Source: Pyrinomonadaceae bacterium
Lineage (GTDB): Bacteria; Acidobacteriota; Blastocatellia; Pyrinomonadales; Pyrinomonadaceae
Assembly: GCA_041940665.1 (NCBI GenBank)
Contig: JBGTRS010000001.1
Span: 1 to 40,804, forward strand
Direction: 5' to 3'
Length of the DNA: 40,804 nt
Shown here piece by piece: positions 1 through 9,269 of the stretch. How positions within the stretch are numbered: the stretch's first letter is position 1; each line of letters begins with the position of its first letter. A program made the translations under genes and the position numbers. The notes below the pieces were generated by a model, which was not told the DNA's origin, ran no database searches, and saw nothing but the letters and a program-made list of their open reading frames with translations.

Positions 1-513
1 ACGCCGCTCAAACCGCAGACGCTTTACGGCCGGTGCAAACTCGATCTGTTTGAAAAACTGTCCGCCATGGATTTGAATTTCGCCTGGGGCCGAATTTTTT
101 TCCTTTACGGCGAATATGAACATCCGCGAAGACTGGTTTCGTCGGTGATAAACTCTCTGCTTGAAAATGAATTTGCCGATTGCTCGCACGGCAGACAAGT
201 CCGCGATTTTTTGCACGTCAAAGAAGTTGCCGAGGCGTTTGTCGCCTTGCTTACGTCGGATGTCAAGGGCGGTGTGAACATCGCTTCCGGCGAGCCGATA
301 ACGATCGGAGAAGTCGTCGAAGAGATCGCCTCGATCATCGGAAACCCCGAAAAAATCCGCTTCGGAGCGATTCCGGCACCGGAAACCGAGCCGAAAAGAA
401 TCGTCGCCGATGTAACTCGTCTGCAAGATGAAGTAAAATGGAAACCGCAGAAAGATCTGAGACAGAGTTTGCAAAAAACCGTCCAGTGGTGGATAGATCA
501 GAAAAAAATATAG
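1..513 (+). CDS. NAD-dependent epimerase/dehydratase family protein, 5'-truncated by the window edge
   Basis: Frame 1 is open from nt 1 (TPLKPQTLYGRCKLDLFEKL...). This places an SDR-type YxxxK (YGRCK) upstream of the listed Met at 67. The C-terminal part resembles extended-SDR sugar epimerases. Stop at 511-513. Confidence 0.8.
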   Translation, partial: TPLKPQTLYGRCKLDLFEKLSAMDLNFAWGRIFFLYGEYEHPRRLVSSVINSLLENEFADCSHGRQVRDFLHVKEVAEAFVALLTSDVKGGVNIASGEPITIGEVVEEIASIIGNPEKIRFGAIPAPETEPKRIVADVTRLQDEVKWKPQKDLRQSLQKTVQWWIDQKKI

Positions 514-539
514 TGTAAAAAATAACTTACCGAAATTTT

Positions 540-1634
540 ATGAAAGTTTTAGCAATAGTTCCTTACCATTTGGACTTTTGTGCCGGGCAAAGATTCCGCA
601 TCGAATTGTGGGCGAAAGAACTTGAAAAACGCGGCATCGAGGTCGAGTTTTTGCCGTTCACGAATGAAAACCTGACGGATGTGCTGTATCAATCGGGAAA
701 AATCGCCAAAAAAGCGGCGTTGATGCTTTCGGCATTTGCCACACAACTTAAAAATACCTTTAAGGTTTCAAAACCCGATGTCGTTTTTATCTACCGTGAA
801 GCCGCCATCATCGGCCCCGCGATCATCGAAAAGATCGTCCGCCGATGGAACGTGCCGATCGTTTACGACATTGACGAACCGCTTTTCGTGCCGTATAAAA
901 GCCCGGCCAACGGACATTTAAATAAGTTAAAGTTCTTCTCGAAGGTTGATGAATTTTTCAAAATGAGCGACACGGTTTTTGCCGTCAACCAGGCGATCGC
1001 CGATTATGCCGGAAAATTCAACAGCGACGTCCAGATCGTCCCGATGACGGTTGATCTCGATAGATACAAACCGTCCGACACGCCGAAAAAGTCCGACGAA
1101 AAGCCGGTCATCGTCTGGGTCGGCACCAGCACGAATCAGCCGAATGTCGAACTGGCTGTTCCGGCATTACGGCGGGTTCGGCAAAAAGTTGATTTCAAAT
1201 TGCGGATCATCGCCGATGACCCGCAGGACTTTGAAGGCTTGGACGTGGAATTTATCAAATGGACTTTTCACGACGAGGTGCGGCTTTTGCAGGAATCGGA
1301 TATCGGCATCGTCCCGGTCGAGAAAAGCGTCTGGAGTCCCTGGAAATTTTTCTTCAAAACCGTCCAGTTTTTAAGTTTGGGCTTGCCGGTGATCGGCACG
1401 GCGACGGGTTCCAATCTGGAGATCATCGAAGAAGGCCGGAACGGCTTTCTGGCTGAAAACGAACAGGATTGGTATGATAAATGTTTGATTTTGCTTGAAA
1501 ATCCCGAAATGCGTCGGCAATTCGGGGAACACGGCAGAAAAGCCGCCGTCGAAAAATTCAACATCGAAAATCAATACGATTTTCTGGAAAATCAATTCCG
1601 AAAACTTTACGAAAAGAGAGAAATTGCCGTATGA
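540..1634 (+). CDS. Glycosyltransferase, GT4/GT-B family
   Basis: 364-aa ORF. The C-terminal half (LGLPVIGTATGSNLEIIEEGRNGFLAENEQDW...NPEMRRQFGEHGRKAAVEKF) matches the typical Glycos_transf_1 signature. It is packed tightly with its neighbours. Confidence 0.85.
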   Translation: MKVLAIVPYHLDFCAGQRFRIELWAKELEKRGIEVEFLPFTNENLTDVLYQSGKIAKKAALMLSAFATQLKNTFKVSKPDVVFIYREAAIIGPAIIEKIVRRWNVPIVYDIDEPLFVPYKSPANGHLNKLKFFSKVDEFFKMSDTVFAVNQAIADYAGKFNSDVQIVPMTVDLDRYKPSDTPKKSDEKPVIVWVGTSTNQPNVELAVPALRRVRQKVDFKLRIIADDPQDFEGLDVEFIKWTFHDEVRLLQESDIGIVPVEKSVWSPWKFFFKTVQFLSLGLPVIGTATGSNLEIIEEGRNGFLAENEQDWYDKCLILLENPEMRRQFGEHGRKAAVEKFNIENQYDFLENQFRKLYEKREIAV

Positions 1635-2461
1635 ACGCCAACATTGATGCCAAAACCGTCGAGGGATTCGGCAAAGAATGGAGCAGATTTGACCAGACGG
1701 GACTTGACCAAACCGAACATCGGCAGATCTTCGACAGCTATTTCTCGATTTTTCCGTGGGATGATCTGCCGGAAAATGCCGTCGGTTTCGATCTCGGGTG
1801 CGGTTCGGGACGGTGGGCACAGCTGGTGGCCCCGCGGGTCGGAAAACTTTTTTGCATTGATGCAAGTAAAGATGCTCTCGAAGTGGCCAAAAGAAATCTG
1901 CGGGATGAAACGAACTGCGAGTTCTGCCACGCTTCGGTCGAAGCTATTCCGCTTGAAAATAACTCGATGGATTTCGGTTACAGCCTCGGCGTTCTGCATC
2001 ACGTGCCCGACACTTTTGAAGGTATCGGGCAGTGCGTTTCAAAATTGAAAAAAGGTTCGCCTTTTTTGATCTATCTCTATTATGCCTTTGATAACCGTCC
2101 GGCGTGGTTTCGCACGCTTTGGAAAATTTCCGATATTTTCCGCCGCGGAATTTCCAAATTGCCGGACGGACTGCGGCATCTGGTTGCCGAGATGATCGCC
2201 GCGGTTGTTTATTTCCCTTTAGCGAGAACGGCCTATCTGCTTGAAAAAGCGGGTTTGAACGTCTCGGCGTTTCCGCTTTCGATCTATCGGGACAAGAGTT
2301 TTTACACGATGCGGACGGATGCCCTCGACCGGTTCGGCACGAGGCTCGAGCAAAGATTTACCCGCAAACAGATCGAAGAAATGATGACCAAAGCCGGACT
2401 TGAAGATATTCGCTTCAGCGATAAAATACCTTTTTGGTGTGCGGTGGGTTTTAAGAAGTAA
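1631..2461 (+). CDS. Class I SAM-dependent methyltransferase
   Basis: 276-aa ORF overlapping the upstream stop by 4 nt. SAM-binding motif I is VGFDLGCGSGRWA, followed by DFGYSLGVLHHV. Confidence 0.85.
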   Translation: MNANIDAKTVEGFGKEWSRFDQTGLDQTEHRQIFDSYFSIFPWDDLPENAVGFDLGCGSGRWAQLVAPRVGKLFCIDASKDALEVAKRNLRDETNCEFCHASVEAIPLENNSMDFGYSLGVLHHVPDTFEGIGQCVSKLKKGSPFLIYLYYAFDNRPAWFRTLWKISDIFRRGISKLPDGLRHLVAEMIAAVVYFPLARTAYLLEKAGLNVSAFPLSIYRDKSFYTMRTDALDRFGTRLEQRFTRKQIEEMMTKAGLEDIRFSDKIPFWCAVGFKK

Positions 2462-2466
2462 ATTTT

Positions 2467-4179
2467 ATGTATATTTTAGGTTTAACAACATTGGGCGATT
2501 CCGCCGCGAGTTTGATAAAAGACGGCGTGCCGGTGGCAATGGCGGAAGAAGAGCGTTTTTCGCGTAAAAAACATCACAGCGGTTTTCCGTACAAGGCGAT
2601 CGAGTATTGTCTGGATCAGGCGGGCATCACCTTAAAGGATGTCGAGCATGTCGGACATTACTGGAAACCCTGGATTCTGCGGCATAAAGCGATGCAGGCT
2701 GTAAAGGCGGCGTTCGTTTCGCGGGCTATGTTTAAGGCGAGAGCCGACCGCGGCGTGGCTCAAGTTTCGGACAGCTATCTCGGAATGTTCCGCCACGCCA
2801 GGCGTCTGCGTGAACATTTCGGCGAAAGCGGTTTTAAGTTTCACTACATCGAACATCATCAGAGCCACGCGGCTTCGGCCTTTTTCGTCTCGCCGTTTGA
2901 ATCCGCCGCAATTTTGACCTGGGACGGAACGGGCGAGGATACGACGACGCTTTTCTGTCACGGCCAAGGCAATCAGATCAAGGTCTTGAAAAGGATCAAA
3001 CTGCCGCACTCGCTCGGCCAGTTTTATTCCGCCGTGACTAATTATATCGGGTTCGATATGTTCACGGGCGATGAATGGAAGGTGATGGGACTCGCCGCTT
3101 ACGGCAAACCGAAATTCTATGACTTTTTCAAAGACAAGGTTTTGACCACCGACGGAAACGGCGGTTTTAAGTTCGATATAAAGGTTTTAGACCATCACCT
3201 CGCCAAACATTATCAATTTCCCGAACAGATCGTGAAAGAGATCGGCCCGGGCCGCCAGAAGGGCGAAGAACTGACCGAACACCACTGGGACATCGCCTGC
3301 TCGGCTCAGAAAGTCCTGGAAGATACGGCGATCCATCTCGTCAAACAGATCAGGGAAATGACGGGCGAAGAAAATCTCTGTATGGCGGGCGGCGTCGCGT
3401 TCAATTCGGTTATGAACGGCCGCATCTTTCACGAAACGCCGTTTAAGAATTTCTTTGTTCAGCCCGCCGCGGGCGATGCCGGCTGCAGTTTGGGAGCGGC
3501 CCTGATGGTCTGGCATCAGAAACTCGGCAATCCGCGAAAATTTGTGATGAATCACGCTTACTACGGCCCGCAATTTACCAATGAAGAATGCCGGAAGGTT
3601 CTGGACGAAGCGGGGTTGAAGTATGAAACTCTGCCGGATGAGGAGTTACTGCCGAAACTGGCGGAAATGATCTCGGAAGGGGCGATCGTCGGTTGGTTTC
3701 AGGGACGGATGGAATGGGGGCCGAGAGCTCTGGGAGCGAGAAGCTTCGTCGCCGATCCGCGCCGCAAGGATATGCGTGAGATTCTCAATCACAAGGTCAA
3801 ACTGCGGGAATGGTTCCGGCCGCTCGCACCTTCGATGCTCGAAGAATACGGCACGGAGATTTTCGGCAAAGAACATCACGACCCCTTTATGATCACGGTC
3901 ATCGAAGTGTCGGAAGATTGGAAAGAGAAAATTCCGGCGGTCGTTCATGTGGACGGCACCGCCCGTCCGCAGATGGTCAACAGGGAGGTCAATCCGCGGT
4001 ACTGGAATCTGATCAATGAATTCAAGAAACTGACCGGCATTCCCCTGCTTCTGAATACATCCTTCAACATCCAGGAACCGATTGTCTGTACACCGGAAAA
4101 TGCGGTCAACACTTTCAGAAATGCGAACTTCGACGCATTGGTTCTGGAAAACAATCTGGTCTTGCGGAGCGAAAATTAA
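2467..4179 (+). CDS. Carbamoyltransferase, NodU/CmcH family
   Basis: 570-aa ORF. The N-terminus MYILGLTTLGDSAASLIKDGVPVAMAEEERFSRKKHHSGFPYKAIEYCL and the C-terminal VHVDGTARPQ...LLLNTSFN are characteristic of NodU/CmcH O-carbamoyltransferases. Confidence 0.9.
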   Translation: MYILGLTTLGDSAASLIKDGVPVAMAEEERFSRKKHHSGFPYKAIEYCLDQAGITLKDVEHVGHYWKPWILRHKAMQAVKAAFVSRAMFKARADRGVAQVSDSYLGMFRHARRLREHFGESGFKFHYIEHHQSHAASAFFVSPFESAAILTWDGTGEDTTTLFCHGQGNQIKVLKRIKLPHSLGQFYSAVTNYIGFDMFTGDEWKVMGLAAYGKPKFYDFFKDKVLTTDGNGGFKFDIKVLDHHLAKHYQFPEQIVKEIGPGRQKGEELTEHHWDIACSAQKVLEDTAIHLVKQIREMTGEENLCMAGGVAFNSVMNGRIFHETPFKNFFVQPAAGDAGCSLGAALMVWHQKLGNPRKFVMNHAYYGPQFTNEECRKVLDEAGLKYETLPDEELLPKLAEMISEGAIVGWFQGRMEWGPRALGARSFVADPRRKDMREILNHKVKLREWFRPLAPSMLEEYGTEIFGKEHHDPFMITVIEVSEDWKEKIPAVVHVDGTARPQMVNREVNPRYWNLINEFKKLTGIPLLLNTSFNIQEPIVCTPENAVNTFRNANFDALVLENNLVLRSEN

Positions 4180-4192
4180 GTCTTTTTTATAA

Positions 4193-5571
4193 ATGGATAA
4201 AATTCTTGCCATACTGAGTTTTTTGACGGGCGTTGCCATCGTTATTTTTGCCTTTCCCGAAGGTAATGTAGCTGTTTTGGTAGCGGCTATGACTGCCGGT
4301 ATTGCACTTTTTATAATTCGCACTCAATTTCCCGATGATAAAATATTTCTGACCCGCATCTTTTTGATCGGCTTATTGACGAGAATTCTTTTCGGTTTAA
4401 TTATCCATATTTTCGATTTACGGAATTTTTTCGGAGGAGATGCTGATACCTACAGCCACTTTGGAAACGAGTTGATGAATACCTGGTTTTCCTCATCGCA
4501 AGCCGATGTTGATCCGCTGTTAAAAATACGCGTAAACGGCGTCGGATGGGGAATGTTTTATCTGGTTGCCGTTTTATATTCAATTACGGGTCCGAACATC
4601 CTGGCCGCTCAATTTTTCTGTGCCGTCTTCGGTGCGGCGATTGCCCCTCTGATCTATATTTGTGCATTTAAGATATTTAAAAACCGGCGGGTCGGACAGG
4701 TTGCCGCCATCTTAGCCGCCGTCTCACCCTCTTTCATTATTTGGTCGGGGCAACTTATGAAGGATGGATTGATCATCTTTTGTCTGGTTTTGGCCATGAC
4801 GATGGTTTTGAATTTACAGAAAAAATTCAGCTATTTACCTTTTGCTTTACTGATGATCTCTCTTTTCGGGGTTATTTCTCTCAGATTTTATGTTTTTTAT
4901 ATGGTCGCGGCGGCGGTTGTCGGGACTTTTATAATCGGCTTCAGCAACACGCCGCAGGCTATTTTCAGAAGACTCGTGGTGCTCATCCTGCTCGGAGTCG
5001 GTTTAACATATCTCGGTGTTATCAGATATGCCGGAACGGAATTTGAAAAGTTCGGCAATCTCGAAAGAGTCCAGGCCGCCCGAACCGATCTGGCCACCCG
5101 GGCGGATTCAGGATTTGGCGAGAACTTAGACGTTTCAACCACCGAAGGAGCGATTCAGGCAATTCCGATCGGGTTAACATATCTGATGCTGGCTCCGTTT
5201 CCCTGGCAAATTTCAAATTTTCGCCAGCTGGTCACCTTGCCCGATATGCTCATCTGGTGGGCTTGTATTCCTTTTTTGATCAGCGGTCTGATATATTCGG
5301 TCAAAACCGTCTGCGCGGCTCCTTGGGAATATTGATTTTCTCGATAATGTTGTCGCTCGCCTATTCGATCTTTCAGGGAAATGTCGGGACAGCCTATCGG
5401 CAAAGAACGCAGATCCAGGTTTTTCTGTTCATATTCGTCGGTGTCGGCTGGACGATCTATCTGGAACGCAAGGAAAATGAAAAAATGCGAAAACTTGCTC
5501 AAACACGAAATCTTGAAAAAAGATTGCGAGAAAACGTGAGAATTCGTAATGAATACGAAGATCAGGAATAA
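4193..5571 (+). pseudogene. Polytopic membrane protein of the polysaccharide locus (GT-C or polymerase-like), with an apparent 1-nt frameshift
   Basis: The frame-2 ORF 4193-5335 (380 aa) has many hydrophobic helices and a DADTY loop. It stops just where the frame-1 ORF, open to 5571, continues with another hydrophobic segment and a basic tail (LRGSLGILIFSIMLSLAYSIFQGNVGTAYRQRTQIQVFLFIFVGVGW...). Adding one A at the A-run 5303-5306 would read ...GLIYSVKNRLRGSLGILIF... Confidence 0.6.
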
Positions 5572-5583
5572 AATAGAAATAGA

Positions 5584-7464
5584 ATGTGCGGAATAGTCGG
5601 AATAGCAAACACAAACTCACGCTCGATAAACCGTGAAGTTTTGGAAAAAATGAACGGAGCGATCACGCATCGCGGACCGGATGAAGACGGTTTTTATGTC
5701 AAGGAAAATATCGGTCTGGCGATGCGGCGGCTCTCGATCATAGATTTGGCGGGCGGACAACAGCCGATCTTTAATCACGACAAAACAAAGGCGATCGTCT
5801 TTAACGGCGAAATTTATAACTTTCAGGAACTGAGAAAAAATTTGGAAGACGAGGGCGATAAATTTTACACCCATTCCGATACGGAAGTCATCCTTCATCT
5901 CTACGAAAAACACGGCGTCGAATGTCTGCAATTCTTACGCGGAATGTTCGCCATCGCCATCTGGGACGATCGGGAAAAATCGCTCTTTCTAGCCCGCGAC
6001 CGCGTCGGTAAAAAACCGCTTCTCTATTCACATCAAAAAAATGGTGATCTCATATTCGGCTCGGAATTTCAGGCAATTTTAAAACACCCGGAAATCTCGC
6101 GGGAAGTTGACCTTGAAGCGATTGATAATTATCTGACGTTTATCTGCGTTCCCGCCCCGCAGACGGCTTTTAAACAGATCCGCAAACTCAAACCCGGCCA
6201 TTGGCTTTTGTGGAAGGACGGCGAAATAAAAACCGAGAGATACTGGACGCTCGATTATTCAAAAAAGATAAAGATTTCCGAAGAAGAAGCGATCGAGGAA
6301 ACGACGCGGATCTTACGCGAAGCCACGAAATTGCGGCTGATCTCGGAAGTTCCTTTGGGAGCGTTTCTGTCGGGCGGGGTTGATTCATCCTGCGTCGTCG
6401 CTCTGATGGCACAGGAGAGTGAAAAACCCGTCAAGACATTTTCCATCGGTTTTGAAGAACAGGATTACAGCGAATTAAAATATGCGAAACGAGTCGCCCG
6501 TCACGTCGGAGCGGAATATAACGAATTTATCGTCAAGCCCGATGCTCTCGAAGTTCTGCCGACTCTGGTCGAACATTACGGCGAGCCTTTTGCCGATCCA
6601 TCGGCCCTCGCCACCTACTACGTGTCAAAGGAAACCCGCCAATATGTCACCGTTGCTTTGAACGGCGACGGCGGCGACGAAAGTTTTGCCGGCTACGAAA
6701 GACATTTTGCGATGAAAATTTCGGAGAAATATCATATCGTTCCCGAATTCGTCCGTCGCCAACTGATCGAACGGGCTTTCCTGGCAATTCCGAGTTCGAC
6801 GGATTTCCGCAACCGTTTTACGCGTCTGAAAAGATTCTTAAAAGCCGCGTCGCTCGAAAAAGATCAGAGATACCTGCGGTGGATGAGCAATTTTCAGCCG
6901 CACGAAAAAGAAGAACTCTATACGGCCGACTTTTCCGAAAAAGTCGCCGGCAACGCTCCGGTTAAATTTATCAGCGAGATCATCAAACAGAACAATAAAG
7001 GCATCGTTGACGCAACGCTTTACACCGATATTTTGACCTATCTGCCGAACGATCTGCTCGTCAAGGTTGATATTGCGGCGATGTCCGTTTCGCTCGAAGC
7101 CCGTTCGCCGTTTCTCGATCATAAATTGATGGAATTTGCCGCCACTCTGCCGGAAAACATCAAACTGAAAGGACGCGAAAACAAATATCTGCTCAAAAAA
7201 GTCGCTTCGCGACTCGTTCCGAATGAAGTTATTTACAGGCAGAAAATGGGTTTTGCCGTTCCGATCAGCCATTGGTTTCGCGGCGAAATGAGCGGTTATG
7301 TCGAAGAAAACCTGCTTTCTGAAAAGTTTCTCGGCAGAAATCTTTTCAAAGAAAGCTACATCAAACATATTATCGAAGAGCATAAAGCCGACAAACAGGA
7401 CAATTCCTGGAAACTCTGGAATCTTCTGATGCTCGAACTCTGGTATCAAAGATTTATAGATTAA
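5584..7464 (+). CDS. asnB: Asparagine synthase (glutamine-hydrolysing) family amidotransferase
   Basis: 626-aa ORF. It starts MCGIVGI (Ntn Cys2) and has the SGGVDSS PP-loop motif. Its position in a polysaccharide locus suggests a sugar-amidating paralog rather than housekeeping AsnB. Confidence 0.9.
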   Translation: MCGIVGIANTNSRSINREVLEKMNGAITHRGPDEDGFYVKENIGLAMRRLSIIDLAGGQQPIFNHDKTKAIVFNGEIYNFQELRKNLEDEGDKFYTHSDTEVILHLYEKHGVECLQFLRGMFAIAIWDDREKSLFLARDRVGKKPLLYSHQKNGDLIFGSEFQAILKHPEISREVDLEAIDNYLTFICVPAPQTAFKQIRKLKPGHWLLWKDGEIKTERYWTLDYSKKIKISEEEAIEETTRILREATKLRLISEVPLGAFLSGGVDSSCVVALMAQESEKPVKTFSIGFEEQDYSELKYAKRVARHVGAEYNEFIVKPDALEVLPTLVEHYGEPFADPSALATYYVSKETRQYVTVALNGDGGDESFAGYERHFAMKISEKYHIVPEFVRRQLIERAFLAIPSSTDFRNRFTRLKRFLKAASLEKDQRYLRWMSNFQPHEKEELYTADFSEKVAGNAPVKFISEIIKQNNKGIVDATLYTDILTYLPNDLLVKVDIAAMSVSLEARSPFLDHKLMEFAATLPENIKLKGRENKYLLKKVASRLVPNEVIYRQKMGFAVPISHWFRGEMSGYVEENLLSEKFLGRNLFKESYIKHIIEEHKADKQDNSWKLWNLLMLELWYQRFID

Positions 7465-7470
7465 TTAAGA

Positions 7471-8313
7471 ATGCGTGTCGTCATTTTAACAAACGAACAG
7501 GGGAATCAAACGGCTTTGTGCAACAAATTTGCCGAAAAATTCGATGTGGCAGCCATCGTTCTGTCTCAAAACATCCCGAAGAAAAAACCTTCCCTTTCAA
7601 AAAAAGCGAATCTTCTCGTCAAACGCCTGGCCGGCCGGACATTCGGACGCGAATTCGTGGACGTCTGGTTTGAAATGCAGAAAAAATACGACTCGCTTTA
7701 CCCGGATTTTCCCGAAGCGGAAATCGTTCGCGTCGAAAACGTTAACGCCAAAGAGTCCTTTCAAACGATCGAAAAACACAAACCCGATCTGGTCATCGTT
7801 TCGGGAACGAATCTGGTCGGCAAAAAGGTAATCAAAACGGCACAGGAAAGACGCGGGATCGTCAATCTCCACACGGGCATTTCGCCGTATGTCAAAGGCG
7901 GTCCGAACTGTACGAACTGGTGTCTGGCCAAGGGCTGGTTTCATCTGATCGGCAATACGGTCATGTGGCTGGATCTGGGCATTGACACCGGCAACATCAT
8001 CGCCACCGAACAGACGCCTCTGGACGGAAATGAGAGTTTGTTCGATCTGCACTGGAAGGTGATGGAACACGCCCACGACATCTATGTAAGATCGGTCGAA
8101 AAAATTGCCGCCGAAGAAAATGTTCATTCCGTTCCGCAAAATGAGATCGGCGAAGGTTCGCTTTTTTACACGGCGGACTGGAACGCCCGGGCGATGAGAG
8201 ACGCTTCAAGAAATTTCAAAAACAAATACGCCGCCTATTTTGCCGACCGGGAAAAACACGCGGAACTGACCGCCGGACTTAAACTTTATCCCGTCAATGA
8301 TGCTAAAAAGTAA
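7471..8313 (+). CDS. Formyltransferase-family protein (Formyl_trans_N-like)
   Basis: 280-aa ORF. DLVIVSGTNLVGKKVI...GIVNLHTGISPYVKGGPN...WLDLGIDTGNII resembles the N/H/D catalytic core of formyltransferases. There is no C-terminal OB-like domain. Confidence 0.7.
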   Translation: MRVVILTNEQGNQTALCNKFAEKFDVAAIVLSQNIPKKKPSLSKKANLLVKRLAGRTFGREFVDVWFEMQKKYDSLYPDFPEAEIVRVENVNAKESFQTIEKHKPDLVIVSGTNLVGKKVIKTAQERRGIVNLHTGISPYVKGGPNCTNWCLAKGWFHLIGNTVMWLDLGIDTGNIIATEQTPLDGNESLFDLHWKVMEHAHDIYVRSVEKIAAEENVHSVPQNEIGEGSLFYTADWNARAMRDASRNFKNKYAAYFADREKHAELTAGLKLYPVNDAKK

Positions 8314-9256
8314 ACTCAAAAATTTTTATTATTCCGCCGCTTCCCTGTTCGGGCTGGACAAAAGGCGTCTGCAAAAACTCCGGGCGGATAATAAAATTGC
8401 CGTTCTCAATCTGCACCGCATCTCGCCCGAAAAAAATCCTTTCTGGTCGCCGCTTCACCCGCAAATCTTTGAAGAGCTTTTGAAATTTTTGAATAAAAAT
8501 TTCGAGGTCTGTCTTTTCAGAGAAATCCGTGAAAAACAAGATTCGGAAAAGCCTCTGGCGATTATTTCATTTGATGACGGTTATCGGGATTTTGTCGAAT
8601 ATGCCGTTCCTCTGCTGGAGAGATACGATGTCAAAGCAAATATGAACATCATTCCCGCCTGTGCCGAATCCGGCGAAGCGATGTGGAACATCAAACTTTA
8701 TGATTTTTTGAACTCCGCTCCCGTCGAACTTATCAACGAGATAAAATTGCCCGGATTTGACGGCAAGATAGAAACCGACACCGAAGAAGATAAATTAAAA
8801 TACGGCTTACGGATCAGCCGTTTTCTCAAATTGCGTCCGCGTTCCGAACGCGAAAAAATCCTCGAACTACTCGAGCCTTTCTATGAAAAGATCGAATTTC
8901 GGAAAACCGAAATGATGAATGCTCAGGAAATAAAAAAAATTGCGGCAACCCACGAAGTCGGCGTGCATTCATATACTCACGAATCAATGGCTTTTGAGAA
9001 AAGCGAGTTTTTTGAAAATGATTTCTTTCGATGCAAAAACTATTTTGCGGAAAAACTTAGTTTGCCTCTGGAAATTTACGCTTTTCCAAACGGAAGTTAC
9101 CGGAACGAGCAGATTGATTTTTTGCAGAAAGAAAATATAAACCATATTTTGCTGGTTGATGAAAAATTTGCGGATGCATCAAGCAATATTTTTCCGAGAA
9201 TAACGACCTACGGCAAAAACGGTTTGGAGGTCAGAATGAAAGCCCTGGGATTCTAA
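8297..9256 (+). CDS. Polysaccharide deacetylase (CE4) family protein
   Basis: 319-aa ORF overlapping the upstream gene by 17 nt. It has the ISFDDGYRDF motif, followed by HSYTHE and the AFPNGSY region. Confidence 0.8.
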   Translation: MMLKSKLKNFYYSAASLFGLDKRRLQKLRADNKIAVLNLHRISPEKNPFWSPLHPQIFEELLKFLNKNFEVCLFREIREKQDSEKPLAIISFDDGYRDFVEYAVPLLERYDVKANMNIIPACAESGEAMWNIKLYDFLNSAPVELINEIKLPGFDGKIETDTEEDKLKYGLRISRFLKLRPRSEREKILELLEPFYEKIEFRKTEMMNAQEIKKIAATHEVGVHSYTHESMAFEKSEFFENDFFRCKNYFAEKLSLPLEIYAFPNGSYRNEQIDFLQKENINHILLVDEKFADASSNIFPRITTYGKNGLEVRMKALGF

Positions 9257-9269
9257 AGAGAGCGAACTT

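Noticed and set aside
3646-4323. Long antisense or alternative-frame ORFs. Examples are 3646-4323(-) 225 aa, 6838-7449(-) 203 aa, 7597-8139(-) 180 aa, 13103-13621(+) 172 aa, 21594-22277(+) 227 aa, 28536-29084(+) 182 aa, 29945-30532(-) 195 aa, 31297-31794(+) 165 aa and 36302-36796(-) 164 aa.
   Set aside because: Each lies entirely inside a longer ORF with clear family motifs. Their translations are Arg/Ser/Pro-rich or low-complexity with no recognisable domains. They are typical shadow ORFs generated by codon bias.
5296-5312. Programmed -1 ribosomal frameshifting as the explanation for the two split genes (here and at about 10760).
   Set aside because: Neither site has a canonical X XXY YYZ slippery heptamer or an obvious downstream pseudoknot. 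Both are fixed by adding one base at a short A-run, which is more consistent with an indel, either sequencing error or mutation.
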